A program made the translations under genes and the position numbers. This document shows, piece after piece, positions 16,782-25,662 of a stretch of 64,000 nucleotides of DNA (the stretch's first letter is position 1; each line of letters begins with the position of its first letter). This DNA comes from an uncultured Candidatus Saccharibacteria bacterium. Its GTDB lineage: Bacteria; Patescibacteriota; Minisyncoccia; Minisyncoccales; 2-12-FULL-40-12. Under the pieces are notes generated by a model that saw only the letters and a list, made by a program, of their open reading frames with translations, did not search any database and was not told the DNA's origin. The stretch covers positions 2,856 through 66,855 of the forward strand of contig CAZFEY010000001.1 in the NCBI GenBank assembly GCA_964518135.1, given 5' to 3'.

Positions 16782-16950
16782 CCCCGTGGCAAGGCGCCTC
16801 GCTTCGGACGAGAAAATTGAGGGTTCCCTGCCCGCCATATTTGCCTCCATAGTGAAACGGATATCATACATGGCTTCGGACCATGAGTTCCGGGTTCGAA
16901 TCCTGGTGGAGGTACGGCAAGGCAGGCGGGGAGTCCTTTTGGGGGTACGA
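16782..16950 (+). other. degenerate tRNA-Arg-like outer element (acceptor GCCCCCG/TGGGGGT, anticodon-loop CTTCGGA) interrupted by intact tRNA-Arg
   Basis: Outer sequence has anticodon stem-loop CTCG-CTTCGGA-CGAG identical in loop to inner tRNA; halves 'GGGTTCCCTGCCCGCCAT' and 'AGGCAGGCGGG' are contiguous in the 14716-14812 copy. Confidence 0.3.
16843..16914 (+). tRNA. tRNA-Arg (anticodon TCG), no encoded CCA
   Basis: GCCTCCA-TA-GTGA..TCAT-A-CATGG-CTTCGGA-CCATG-AGTT-CCGGG-TTCGAAT-CCTGG-TGGAGGT-A; G1:U72 wobble. Confidence 0.8.
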
Positions 16951-17035
16951 TTATTTATTTTTGAGCGTAGCGAGAAAACATTTATTTTTATCGTAAAATG
17001 ATATATAATCCGAGAAGAATAATCCATATTGCAAG

Positions 17036-17455
17036 ATGAAAAAGATAATCCTAAATATAATTTTATTGTCTTTTATAATCGGCCTACCCTACATTGCTAA
17101 CGCACAACCAGTTGGCTTAGTGCCTTGCGGTAACATTGGCGAACCACCCTGTCAACTCTGCCACATATTTATTCTCTTTAATAACATTATCTCATTCTTG
17201 CTTGTTCCTGGTAATCCCTTTGGGGGATTCCCTGTGGTACTTGCTATCGCTGGACTAATGATATTATGGTCAGGATTCTTATATATAATGAGCTTTGGGG
17301 ACCCTAAGAACCTAATCAAATCAAGAGAAATACTAAAAGCAACGGGCCTTGGATTGTTAATAGTTTATGGCGCTTGGGCTGCTGTTAACACATTGTCATG
17401 GTTCGGCATTATTCCGAATAACTGGTTTACGATTAACTGCCCTATTATTCCTTAA
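17036..17455 (+). CDS. secreted VirB2/TrbC-like pilin-like protein (stand-alone, 139 aa)
   Basis: Sec signal peptide, then hydrophobic helices separated by short polar loop 'SFGDPKNLIKSREILKATG'; paralogous to N-termini of 27978.. and 33753.. proteins. Confidence 0.45.
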   Translation: MKKIILNIILLSFIIGLPYIANAQPVGLVPCGNIGEPPCQLCHIFILFNNIISFLLVPGNPFGGFPVVLAIAGLMILWSGFLYIMSFGDPKNLIKSREILKATGLGLLIVYGAWAAVNTLSWFGIIPNNWFTINCPIIP

Positions 17456-17462
17456 AAAACAA

Positions 17463-17496
17463 CGCGCCCGTAGCTCAATTGGCCCCGCACCCTCCA
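17463..17496 (+). pseudogene. tRNA 5' fragment (acceptor GCGCCCG + D-arm GCTC-AATTGG) directly abutting tRNA-Lys
   Basis: Canonical acceptor/D-arm start without remainder; partial complementary strand 'TAGGCGC' found 3' of tRNA-Lys (17590-17597). Confidence 0.35.
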
Positions 17497-17570
17497 TGCC
17501 CCCATAGCTTAATTGGTAAAGCAGGAACCTCTTAAGTTCAAGAGTCCAGGTTCGAGCCCTGGTGGGGGCA
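17497..17570 (+). tRNA. tRNA-Lys (anticodon CTT), no encoded CCA
   Basis: GCCCCCA-TA-GCTT-AATTGGTA-AAGC-A-GGAAC-CTCTTAA-GTTCA-AGAGT-CCAGG-TTCGAGC-CCTGG-TGGGGGC-A. Confidence 0.8.
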
Positions 17571-17655
17571 TAGAGCGTACGGGGCAAACCTAGGCGCAAT
17601 ACAATAATCAAGTCGAGATAATTAAGGTATTACTGTTAAACAACATACATTATAT

Positions 17656-17922
17656 ATGCTAAGCAACGAGGAAAAAGGAAAGATAATATCAAAACACAAA
17701 ATCCACGAGAAAGACACTGGATCTGCCGAGGTGCAAATCGCTTTACTTTCCGAGGAGATAGATAAGCTTCTTTTGCATCTTAAAAGCCACGCAAAAGATT
17801 TTCATTCAAAGCGGGGTCTTTTGAAAATGGTATCAAGAAGAAGGAAGCTTTTGAGCGTCTTGAAAGAAGAAGACGAAAAAAGATATAATAGTATTATAAA
17901 AAAAGTTGGTCTTAAAAAATAG
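17656..17922 (+). CDS. rpsO: 30S ribosomal protein S15
   Basis: '[50 protein letters not shown]' S15 signature. Confidence 0.9.
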   Translation: MLSNEEKGKIISKHKIHEKDTGSAEVQIALLSEEIDKLLLHLKSHAKDFHSKRGLLKMVSRRRKLLSVLKEEDEKRYNSIIKKVGLKK

Positions 17923-18030
17923 CAACCGTTTCGTTGTTTTTTCTGGTGCGATTCTAAAAATAACCCGCCGGTCATCACGAACATTCATTAGTTTTTAAAG
18001 TTTATTCATAGTGATCGGTAGTATCTATTT

Positions 18031-18615
18031 GTGATCATAAAACATTTAGGACAAAGAGTTGGAGTATTTATAGATATTCAAAACCTTTATCATTCTGCTA
18101 AAAATCTTTACCAGTCTAGGGTTAATTTTGAAGAAGTTCTCAAATTCGCCATTGGCGGACGTAGCCTGATAAGGGCTTTTGCTTATGTGGTTAGAACCAA
18201 AACGGGCGAAGAAAGGCCTTTTTTTGACGCGCTAGTGAGTCTCGGCATTGAAACACGTATCCGCGATTTACAAGAGTTTTTTGGCGGTCAAAAAAAAGCC
18301 GACTGGGACGTTGGTATTGTAATTGACGCCATACGAATAGCTCCAAGCGTTGATACTATCGTTCTGGCATCGGGAGATGGAGATTTTATATCTCTCGTTG
18401 AATACTTAAAAAACCAGGGGAAAAGAGTAGAAGTTATTGCTTTCGACAGATCAGCATCAAAAGGATTAAAGGAAATAGCTGATGAATTTATTGATATGGA
18501 AAAAAATACGGATAAATATCTTTTACACGCAAAACGCAATTTGTTTAATCTCAAAATTGGCAAAATTAATATAAGAAAAACTGACCCGAAACCAAAATGG
18601 AAAAATTCAAATTAA
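18031..18615 (+). CDS. NYN-domain (LabA-like/DUF88) putative RNase
   Basis: 'VGVFIDIQNLY' N-terminal Asp motif and 'LASGDGDFISLVEYLKNQGKRVEV' typical of NYN/LabA fold. Confidence 0.65.
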   Translation: MIIKHLGQRVGVFIDIQNLYHSAKNLYQSRVNFEEVLKFAIGGRSLIRAFAYVVRTKTGEERPFFDALVSLGIETRIRDLQEFFGGQKKADWDVGIVIDAIRIAPSVDTIVLASGDGDFISLVEYLKNQGKRVEVIAFDRSASKGLKEIADEFIDMEKNTDKYLLHAKRNLFNLKIGKINIRKTDPKPKWKNSN

Positions 18616-20711
18616 AACTGGGTGAACGCGAACTCGTGGTTGAAATTAAAAATCTCGCCGAACAAGCCAATGGTTCTTTATTAATAAGATACGGCGATAC
18701 CTTGATTCTAGCTACTTGCGTAATGTCAAAATTAGAAAAAGAAAATCTTGATTTCTTCCCCTTGATTGTTGATTACGAAGAAAGATACTATGCTGCCGGA
18801 AAAATTAGGGGTGGAAGATTTATGAAGAGAGAAGGAAAACCTTCAGACGAAGCAATATTGGTATCGAGACTGATCGATCGCCCAATCAGGCCGCTGTTTC
18901 CAAAAAATCTTAATCGCGAAGTCCAAGTACTCCTAACTTGTCTTTCTTGGGACGCAGAGAATGATCCAGACATAATAGGTATTATTGGTGCATCTCTCTC
19001 TCTTTCGATATCTGATATTCCCTGGTCTGGGCCAATATCATCTGTCAGAGTGGCAAGAATCGACGATCGGTTCGTCATAAATCCAACCTATCAACAAAGA
19101 GAACAAAGCCAATTCGATTTAGTTCTTACGGGGGTAGAGCAAAAAGGAGAAATCTTAACAAATATGATCGAGGGTGGATTTGATGAAACATCAGAAGAAT
19201 TGCTTTCTGGCGCTTTCGAATTTGCTATTCCTTATTTAAAACAAGCTATTGATTTTCAAAAAGAAATTATGGAAACAGTAGGGAAAACGAAAGTTACCAT
19301 CCAAGAAAAACAAAAAGATACGGAGCTAGAAGAAGAAGTGCGATACATTATAAAGGATAGATTAGAGGAAGCGCTATACCAAACCAATAAGGCGAAAAGG
19401 ATTGCCAGTGTTGATGAAATCAAGCAAGAAGTTTCTACCATTATCGGAGAAAAAGATCCTTATAAAATCAAAAGTGCATTGGCTTTGGTAGATGACGAAA
19501 TCGAAAAAATAATACATAACAATATAGTCCAGAACGGAAAAAGGCCCGACGGCAGAAAAATTGACGAAATTAGACAGCTTCATGTCGAGGCAGGATTACT
19601 CCCAAGAACTCATGGCTCCGGCCTTTTCGAAAGAGGGCAGACTAAAAGTTTGTCTATTTTAACTTTAGGATCGCCTGGCGACCAGCAGCTTTTAGAAGGA
19701 ATGGAAATAGTTGGTAAAAAACGTTTTATGCACCATTATAATTTCCCTCCTTATTCCGTAGGAGAGATAAAACCAATGAGGGGACCTGGTAGAAGAGAAA
19801 TTGGACATGGCATGCTCGCTGAAAAAGCTTTGCTTCCTCTTATTCCTTCTTTTGAGGAATTTCCCTACACCATCAGAGTAGTATCTGAAATACTCTCCTC
19901 TAATGGTTCTAGCTCTATGGCTGCTGTTTCTTCTTCTTCTCTCGCATTAATGGATGCGGGCGTACCTATTAAAGGACCCGCCACCGGCATCGCCATTGGG
20001 TTAATGACTGATCAATCTTCTATTGTTGATAACCCCAATAAAAAATATAAAATTTTAGCAGATATCCAAGGGCCAGAAGATCACTATGGCGATATGGATT
20101 TTAAAATCGCTGGCACAAGAAACGGCATCACAGCTATTCAAATGGATGTTAAAATAAAGGGAATCAGCCACAATATATTTAAAGAGGCTTTAAGTCTTGG
20201 TCAAAAAATAAGAGCGCAGATTCTAGACGAAATAGAAAAAACGCTCGCAAAACCCAGAGAAAATCTCTCCCCCTACGCTCCCCGCATAATAACAATTAAA
20301 ATCAACCCAGAAAAAATTAGAGAAGTAATAGGACCCGGGGGCAAGGTAATCAATGAAATTATAGCGAACACCGGAGCCGCAATAGATATTGACCAATCCG
20401 GATTGGTTTTTATTACATCAGAAAACCAAGAGGGTGCGCAAAAAGCCGCTGACATAATCGAAGGAATAACCAGAGAAGTGCAAATCGGAGAAACTTTTAA
20501 TGGCAAGGTAAAACGCTTGATAGACTTTGGCGCATTTGTAGAAATACTGCCCAATCAAGAAGGATTAATACATATATCTCAATTATCAACAAATAGGGCA
20601 AAAAAAATAAACGAGCTCGCCAAGGTAGGAGATGTTATACCGGTAAAGGTCATAAGTATAGACGAGCAGGGAAGAATCAATCTTGCTCCGGAAAAATCAG
20701 CAAAGAGATAA
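18597..20711 (+). CDS. pnp: polynucleotide phosphorylase
   Basis: Two RNase PH domains, KH and S1 domains; classic rpsO-pnp arrangement. Confidence 0.95.
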   Translation: MEKFKLKLGERELVVEIKNLAEQANGSLLIRYGDTLILATCVMSKLEKENLDFFPLIVDYEERYYAAGKIRGGRFMKREGKPSDEAILVSRLIDRPIRPLFPKNLNREVQVLLTCLSWDAENDPDIIGIIGASLSLSISDIPWSGPISSVRVARIDDRFVINPTYQQREQSQFDLVLTGVEQKGEILTNMIEGGFDETSEELLSGAFEFAIPYLKQAIDFQKEIMETVGKTKVTIQEKQKDTELEEEVRYIIKDRLEEALYQTNKAKRIASVDEIKQEVSTIIGEKDPYKIKSALALVDDEIEKIIHNNIVQNGKRPDGRKIDEIRQLHVEAGLLPRTHGSGLFERGQTKSLSILTLGSPGDQQLLEGMEIVGKKRFMHHYNFPPYSVGEIKPMRGPGRREIGHGMLAEKALLPLIPSFEEFPYTIRVVSEILSSNGSSSMAAVSSSSLALMDAGVPIKGPATGIAIGLMTDQSSIVDNPNKKYKILADIQGPEDHYGDMDFKIAGTRNGITAIQMDVKIKGISHNIFKEALSLGQKIRAQILDEIEKTLAKPRENLSPYAPRIITIKINPEKIREVIGPGGKVINEIIANTGAAIDIDQSGLVFITSENQEGAQKAADIIEGITREVQIGETFNGKVKRLIDFGAFVEILPNQEGLIHISQLSTNRAKKINELAKVGDVIPVKVISIDEQGRINLAPEKSAKR

Positions 20712-20736
20712 AATTCAGTTTTAAAAATTAGAAAGT

Positions 20737-23616
20737 ATGGTACAAGGCCAACAACAAACGGATAACCAAGATATTCTTAAGAAGGCCGAGATAAAAACAA
20801 TGCAGGCTGATATTTTGGCTGCCCAAAAAATATCTGACAAGAACGACCTAGCTACTCGAGAAAGAGAAATGGCAAGAAAAATAACAGAACAGAAAAGGGC
20901 CGAGGAAGAACGTAAAAAGATTGCCGCTCAAACCATAAAGAAAACTTTACCGACGCAAACTAAAAAAATTGACGAAAAAAAAGTGATCAATGATGGAGAA
21001 GAAGCTATTAAAAAATTTGAGGCGGATAGGAGGAAAGAAGAATCAGATGTTATAGCGAAAACAAACGTAAAAATCCAAGAAGAACAAAGAAAAAAAGAAA
21101 TAGCCGAACGGAAGGCCGCTGAAGAAAGGCGTCTCGAAGAAGAAAAAAAACAGAGAAATGCAGAAAAAGAAAAATTAAAACAAATAGAAGAAGCCCGAAA
21201 AAAAGAGATCGTAGCAATACGACAAAGAGAAGAAGCGATACTCGCGGCCAAAGAAGCAAGACGCATCAGGGAAAGGGAAATACTGCAATTAGAAGAAGAA
21301 AAAATATTATTAGAAAAAGGGCTTCAAGATATTTTGAGCAGAAGAGTTCCGCTAGAAACAGAAATAAACCAGCTTGCCAAGCGAGAATCTCAATTGCAGG
21401 AAAATTTGAATGAAGTCTCGAAAAGAGAAGATGAGGTTGAAAGAGAAGTAAAAACAATTGAAGCTAAGGAAAAATCGGCCGACACAGAAGAGAAGAAGAA
21501 ACTTGAACAACAAAGATGGGAAATTGAAGAGAAGAGAAGGAGAGTAGAGAAAGAAAGGTGGGAATGGGAGGCAGAAATCGGTAAAGTAAAGGACCAAAAA
21601 AGAGAGGTTAGTTTAAGGTATAATAGACTTTTGACTAACGAAGAGGAAATCCTAGAGAGAAAAAGGGCAATCGCTGACAAACAAGAAGAAATTAAAATAG
21701 AAAATGAGAAAATAGAATTAGAAAAAGAATTACAAAGGTTAAAAGAGAAAAAATCTCCCCTAGAGATAGAGATTAATGCCATTTTGGAGAGAGAATCTCA
21801 ACTCCAAGCGAAACTAGACAGCGTTTCGAGTAAAGAGAATGACATTGAAAGAGAAATAAGCTCAATTGAAGACAGAGAAAAATCTACTGGCGTGACCGAG
21901 GGGAAAAAAGAGCTTGAACAACAAAGATGGGAGATTGAAGAGAAAAGAAGGGGAGTGGAAAAAGAGAGGTGGGAATGGGAGGCAGAAATCGGAAAAGTAA
22001 AGGACGACCTAAAAAGAATAGAAAATGAGTATCAAAAAATTCTCTTAAGAGAAAAGGAATTATTATTAAAACTACACCCAGAACAAATAACTAATTTATC
22101 TAACCGATTGGAAGAGGAAGAGAAAGCTACAATACCTACAAAAACAACACCTCCCTTACAAAAAAGAGAAAGGGCAGATGTTAAAATTTCCGAAAACAAA
22201 CCCGTAAAACCAGAACCCCAGAACAAGGAAGAAAACCTTGCCGACTCGACTATTTCTCAAAAGACAGCCGCGCCAGAAAAAACGCAACTGGACAACCATC
22301 AAGAGAAACAACATCTAGACGAGACAATAAATAGACAAATGGAAGTGCTAAAAGAGATCGAACGTCTTAAGGCAGAAACAGAAAAAGAAAAACAACAGAC
22401 AAGAAACGAAGGAGAGGTAGCGCAAACACAGGTAAATATAACCGTTGAATCAGCCCACGAGCAAGAGTCTGGGCAGACAACAACCATCCAATCCCAACCA
22501 GAACCGGCACTAGATCAGGAAGAGATAACCACGCATCAAGTACCACCCCAACCAATACCCATTAAACCGCAGAAATTCTGGATGAAAGAAGAGGCTAAAG
22601 CATTTGAAACGCAAACCAGAGATCCTCAAAAAGAAAGCGAGATTAAAAAGCGACTTGATGAAATCCAACAACAAGAAGAAATAGAAAGAAAAGAATTTTT
22701 AGAAAGGATTCAAGGAAGTGAATCGAAAAAATCGACCATTGGAAGAATTAATAAAGAAAATATTCCTATCAAGCCTCAACCAGAAACACCTGAAATTATT
22801 ACATCTATAGCGCCTCGGCCCTCTGCTTTTGGTAAATTCTGGTCAAGAATTTTAGCAACAATGATAGTTGTCGCCATCTTCGCTGGTGTGTTTTGGTTAA
22901 TTTACTGGACATTCTTTATCCGAAAAGCGCAAATCAAAACAACCTGGTGTGAAAACGAAAAAGTCCAGATACCGCAATCTGAATTCTCTCCAGAAAGATG
23001 CGTTCCGCCACCCATCGTGATTCCTGAAATTCGCGTTCCGCCAGATTTAATTAGTATTGCAACCAGAAAGGAAATTGTTGTTCCGGAAAAAGGAGATCCA
23101 TTAAAGGAGCTGGCAAGATTTTTAGAGGAAAATGGCGAAGAACTAGAACAAAATAAGCCTACCAGGATAGTAATAAAGAGCCTCGATAAAAAGGAAGTGC
23201 TTGGTTTTGAGGATTTTTTCAATCTTTTTAAGGCAACTGTGCCAGATGGTTTTTATTCTAAAATCAACAAAGACTTTAATCTTCTTATCTACCCACAGAA
23301 AGAAGGACGAAGATGGGGCATAATAAGCCAAATTACAACCCAAGAAGGCGTTGATGTTGTTGGCGAAACAGTAACTATGCTTCGGCTTTGGGAAGACAAA
23401 ATGGATCAAAATCTCCAAACTCTTTTTGTATTTTTTGGAAAAACAGAACCAGCCATAAATGATTTCTTCACCAGAGTGCCGTATGGAAACATAAACATAC
23501 GTTGCCAGACTTTCAGCAAAGAGGATTTTGGCGATTGCTACGCTATAAAAGGAAACAGTTTCGTTTTAACCACCTCCTTAGAAAGTATAAAAAAAATATT
23601 AGACGAAATAAAATAA
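20737..23616 (+). CDS. K/E-rich coiled-coil membrane protein (959 aa) with internal about 136-aa duplication, one TM helix, and C-terminal domain bearing the WCENE...ERCVPPP Cys-pair motif
   Basis: Heptad-like charged repeats; 'QQRWEIEEKRR.VEKERWEWEAEIGKVKD' present twice; TM 'ILATMIVVAIFAGVFWLIYWTFFI' followed by motif shared with giant protein. Confidence 0.65.
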   Translation: MVQGQQQTDNQDILKKAEIKTMQADILAAQKISDKNDLATREREMARKITEQKRAEEERKKIAAQTIKKTLPTQTKKIDEKKVINDGEEAIKKFEADRRKEESDVIAKTNVKIQEEQRKKEIAERKAAEERRLEEEKKQRNAEKEKLKQIEEARKKEIVAIRQREEAILAAKEARRIREREILQLEEEKILLEKGLQDILSRRVPLETEINQLAKRESQLQENLNEVSKREDEVEREVKTIEAKEKSADTEEKKKLEQQRWEIEEKRRRVEKERWEWEAEIGKVKDQKREVSLRYNRLLTNEEEILERKRAIADKQEEIKIENEKIELEKELQRLKEKKSPLEIEINAILERESQLQAKLDSVSSKENDIEREISSIEDREKSTGVTEGKKELEQQRWEIEEKRRGVEKERWEWEAEIGKVKDDLKRIENEYQKILLREKELLLKLHPEQITNLSNRLEEEEKATIPTKTTPPLQKRERADVKISENKPVKPEPQNKEENLADSTISQKTAAPEKTQLDNHQEKQHLDETINRQMEVLKEIERLKAETEKEKQQTRNEGEVAQTQVNITVESAHEQESGQTTTIQSQPEPALDQEEITTHQVPPQPIPIKPQKFWMKEEAKAFETQTRDPQKESEIKKRLDEIQQQEEIERKEFLERIQGSESKKSTIGRINKENIPIKPQPETPEIITSIAPRPSAFGKFWSRILATMIVVAIFAGVFWLIYWTFFIRKAQIKTTWCENEKVQIPQSEFSPERCVPPPIVIPEIRVPPDLISIATRKEIVVPEKGDPLKELARFLEENGEELEQNKPTRIVIKSLDKKEVLGFEDFFNLFKATVPDGFYSKINKDFNLLIYPQKEGRRWGIISQITTQEGVDVVGETVTMLRLWEDKMDQNLQTLFVFFGKTEPAINDFFTRVPYGNINIRCQTFSKEDFGDCYAIKGNSFVLTTSLESIKKILDEIK

Positions 23617-23984
23617 TGATCAAAGATAAAAAGTTTATCCAACGACAAAAAGAAAAATTAGAACAAGAAAAAAGTGATATCGAGAATTCTTTGAAGAGTT
23701 TCGCTACGAAAGACAAAAAATTAACGGGCGACTGGGATACTAAATTTCCTCAATTTAATAGCTCTGACCTGGAAGATTCTTCCGACGAGGTAGAAGAGTA
23801 CGAAAACCTCTTACCAATTGAATTCTCGCTGGAGAAAAGATTAAATGCAGTAAATACGGCATTAAATAATATAAAAGAAGAGAAATACGGCTATTGCATA
23901 AAATGCGAAAAAGAAATTCCCGTAGAAAGACTAGAAGCTCATCCTTCTGCCCAAACTTGTAATCAGTGCGATTCTAAAAAGTAA
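23616..23984 (+). CDS. DksA/TraR-family C4 zinc-finger protein
   Basis: C-terminal 'CIKCEKEIPVERLEAHPSAQTCNQCD' four-Cys finger after coiled-coil; probable start ATG overlapping upstream stop (listed ORF extends upstream). Confidence 0.65.
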   Translation: MIKDKKFIQRQKEKLEQEKSDIENSLKSFATKDKKLTGDWDTKFPQFNSSDLEDSSDEVEEYENLLPIEFSLEKRLNAVNTALNNIKEEKYGYCIKCEKEIPVERLEAHPSAQTCNQCDSKK

Positions 23985-24015
23985 TTTTCTATGCCTAAAT
24001 TAAGTTTTAAAAAAT

Positions 24016-25572
24016 ATGCCGTCTAAGGTTTTCTCGGCAGCTATCTGCGGGCTGGATGCCCAAATTATAGAGGTGGAGGTTGATTGCAGTTATGGCCTCC
24101 GCTATTTTAATATAGTCGGATTACCAGATAAAAGCGTAGAAGAAGCAAGAGAAAGAGTGGGGTCTGCGATAAAAAGCATTAAGCTTTCTTCCCCACAACA
24201 AAAACCTCTGCGCGTTTTAGTAAATCTGGCTCCAGCCGACCTAAAAAAAGAAGGGAGCTTATACGACCTACCTATTGCTTTAGGATTTTTACTTGCGTCA
24301 AAACAAACTAATTTTAACCCAGAACAAAGAATATTCATGGGTGAATTATCGTTAGACGGAAAACTAAGGCCGATAAAAGGCGCCTTGTCTGTTGCCTTGA
24401 TGGCACAAGGTAAATTCTCCGAAATAATTCTTCCGAAGGATAATGCCGCAGAGGCTGCTATCATACTAAGTGATAAACCAGATCAAAAAATAAACAAGTT
24501 TGTTCCTAACGGAATAAAGATTATTGGAGCCGAAACGTTAAGCGAGGTTCTAGCGCACATAGAAGGGAGGAAAGAAATCGCACCTACTGTCGCAGATTTT
24601 TCAAATTATGCGCCAAAAGATAATTTCTCTTCCGAAATCAACTTCATAAAAGGACAGGAATATGCAAAAAGAGCATTGGAGATAGTGGCCGGAGGCAGTC
24701 ATAATTTATTAATGATTGGCCCGCCAGGATCCGGTAAGACATTACTGGCCAAAGCACTGCCTTATTTAATGCCACCCCTCACATTTAAAGAGGCTTTGGA
24801 GGTAACGAAAATTTACAGCGTTGCCGGTATATTACCAAAAGAACAACCAATTATCGGATTAAGGCCGTTTAGAAGCCCTCACCATACGACGTCCGAAACG
24901 GCTCTTATCGGAGGCGGCAATCCGCCAAGGCCTGGAGAAATAACTTTAGCCCATAAAGGCGTGCTTTTTCTGGATGAATTTCCAGAATTTCACCGCGATG
25001 CGTTAGAAAGTTTACGGCAACCAATAGAAGAGGGAAGAATTACTATTTTGCGCGCAAAGCACTCTTTAACATTGCCTGCCAGATTCACCTTGGTATCGGC
25101 AGCAAATCCTTGTCCTTGCGGCCATTTTAATAACCCAGACAGGGAATGCGTGTGCAATAGTTCTCAAATACAATCCTACAGAAGAAAACTGTCTGGTCCT
25201 TTGATGGATAGGATAGATCTTGTGGTTGAGGTTCCCCAGATTAAATACGAAAAGTTAGTAGCGCCTGAACAAAATCATCCCTGGAATGAAATTAAACAAA
25301 AAATCAAAAACGCACGAGTCATACAACAACAAAGATTCGGCAAAGACTCAACGAATGCTGAAATGACAATGCAACACATAAAAAAGTTTTGCGAAATTGA
25401 TAGTAAGTCTCAAAATCTTTTAAGGAAATACGTTGATTCTGGTAAGTTGTCGGCAAGGGGATACCATAGAATACTTAAAATTGCTAGAACCATTGCCGAT
25501 CTAGAGGTAACCGAAAAAATATCCTACGAACACATAGGTGAAGCCTTAATATATAGAACAAAAGAGGTGTAA
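24016..25572 (+). CDS. YifB/ComM-family Mg-chelatase-like AAA+ ATPase
   Basis: Lon-like N-domain, Walker A 'GPPGSGKT', 'FLDEFPEF' Walker B, C-terminal MgChelatase domain. Confidence 0.85.
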   Translation: MPSKVFSAAICGLDAQIIEVEVDCSYGLRYFNIVGLPDKSVEEARERVGSAIKSIKLSSPQQKPLRVLVNLAPADLKKEGSLYDLPIALGFLLASKQTNFNPEQRIFMGELSLDGKLRPIKGALSVALMAQGKFSEIILPKDNAAEAAIILSDKPDQKINKFVPNGIKIIGAETLSEVLAHIEGRKEIAPTVADFSNYAPKDNFSSEINFIKGQEYAKRALEIVAGGSHNLLMIGPPGSGKTLLAKALPYLMPPLTFKEALEVTKIYSVAGILPKEQPIIGLRPFRSPHHTTSETALIGGGNPPRPGEITLAHKGVLFLDEFPEFHRDALESLRQPIEEGRITILRAKHSLTLPARFTLVSAANPCPCGHFNNPDRECVCNSSQIQSYRRKLSGPLMDRIDLVVEVPQIKYEKLVAPEQNHPWNEIKQKIKNARVIQQQRFGKDSTNAEMTMQHIKKFCEIDSKSQNLLRKYVDSGKLSARGYHRILKIARTIADLEVTEKISYEHIGEALIYRTKEV

Positions 25573-25576
25573 ACAA

Positions 25577-25600
25577 AAAATCCCTCGCAGGGATTTTTAC
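25577..25600. terminator. bidirectional Rho-independent terminator
   Basis: AATCCCT-cgc-AGGGATT stem followed by TTTTT; A-run on opposite side; between convergent genes. Confidence 0.6.
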
Positions 25601-25662
25601 TTTTTACTTCCTATTTTCCAGATTCTATTTCCTATTTCCTATATCTTAAGTCCTAAATCCCA

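Noticed and set aside
20928-22555. Minus-strand ORFs within 20737..23616 (Ser/Phe/Leu-rich)
   Set aside because: They are low-complexity antisense translations of a K/E-rich (AAG/GAA-rich) gene and have no start context.
23502-23984. 160-aa form of the DksA/TraR-like ORF overlapping the upstream gene by 115 nt
   Set aside because: An ATG overlapping the upstream stop (23616) gives a 122-aa protein of typical DksA/TraR size. The upstream extension is basic junk in another gene's coding region.
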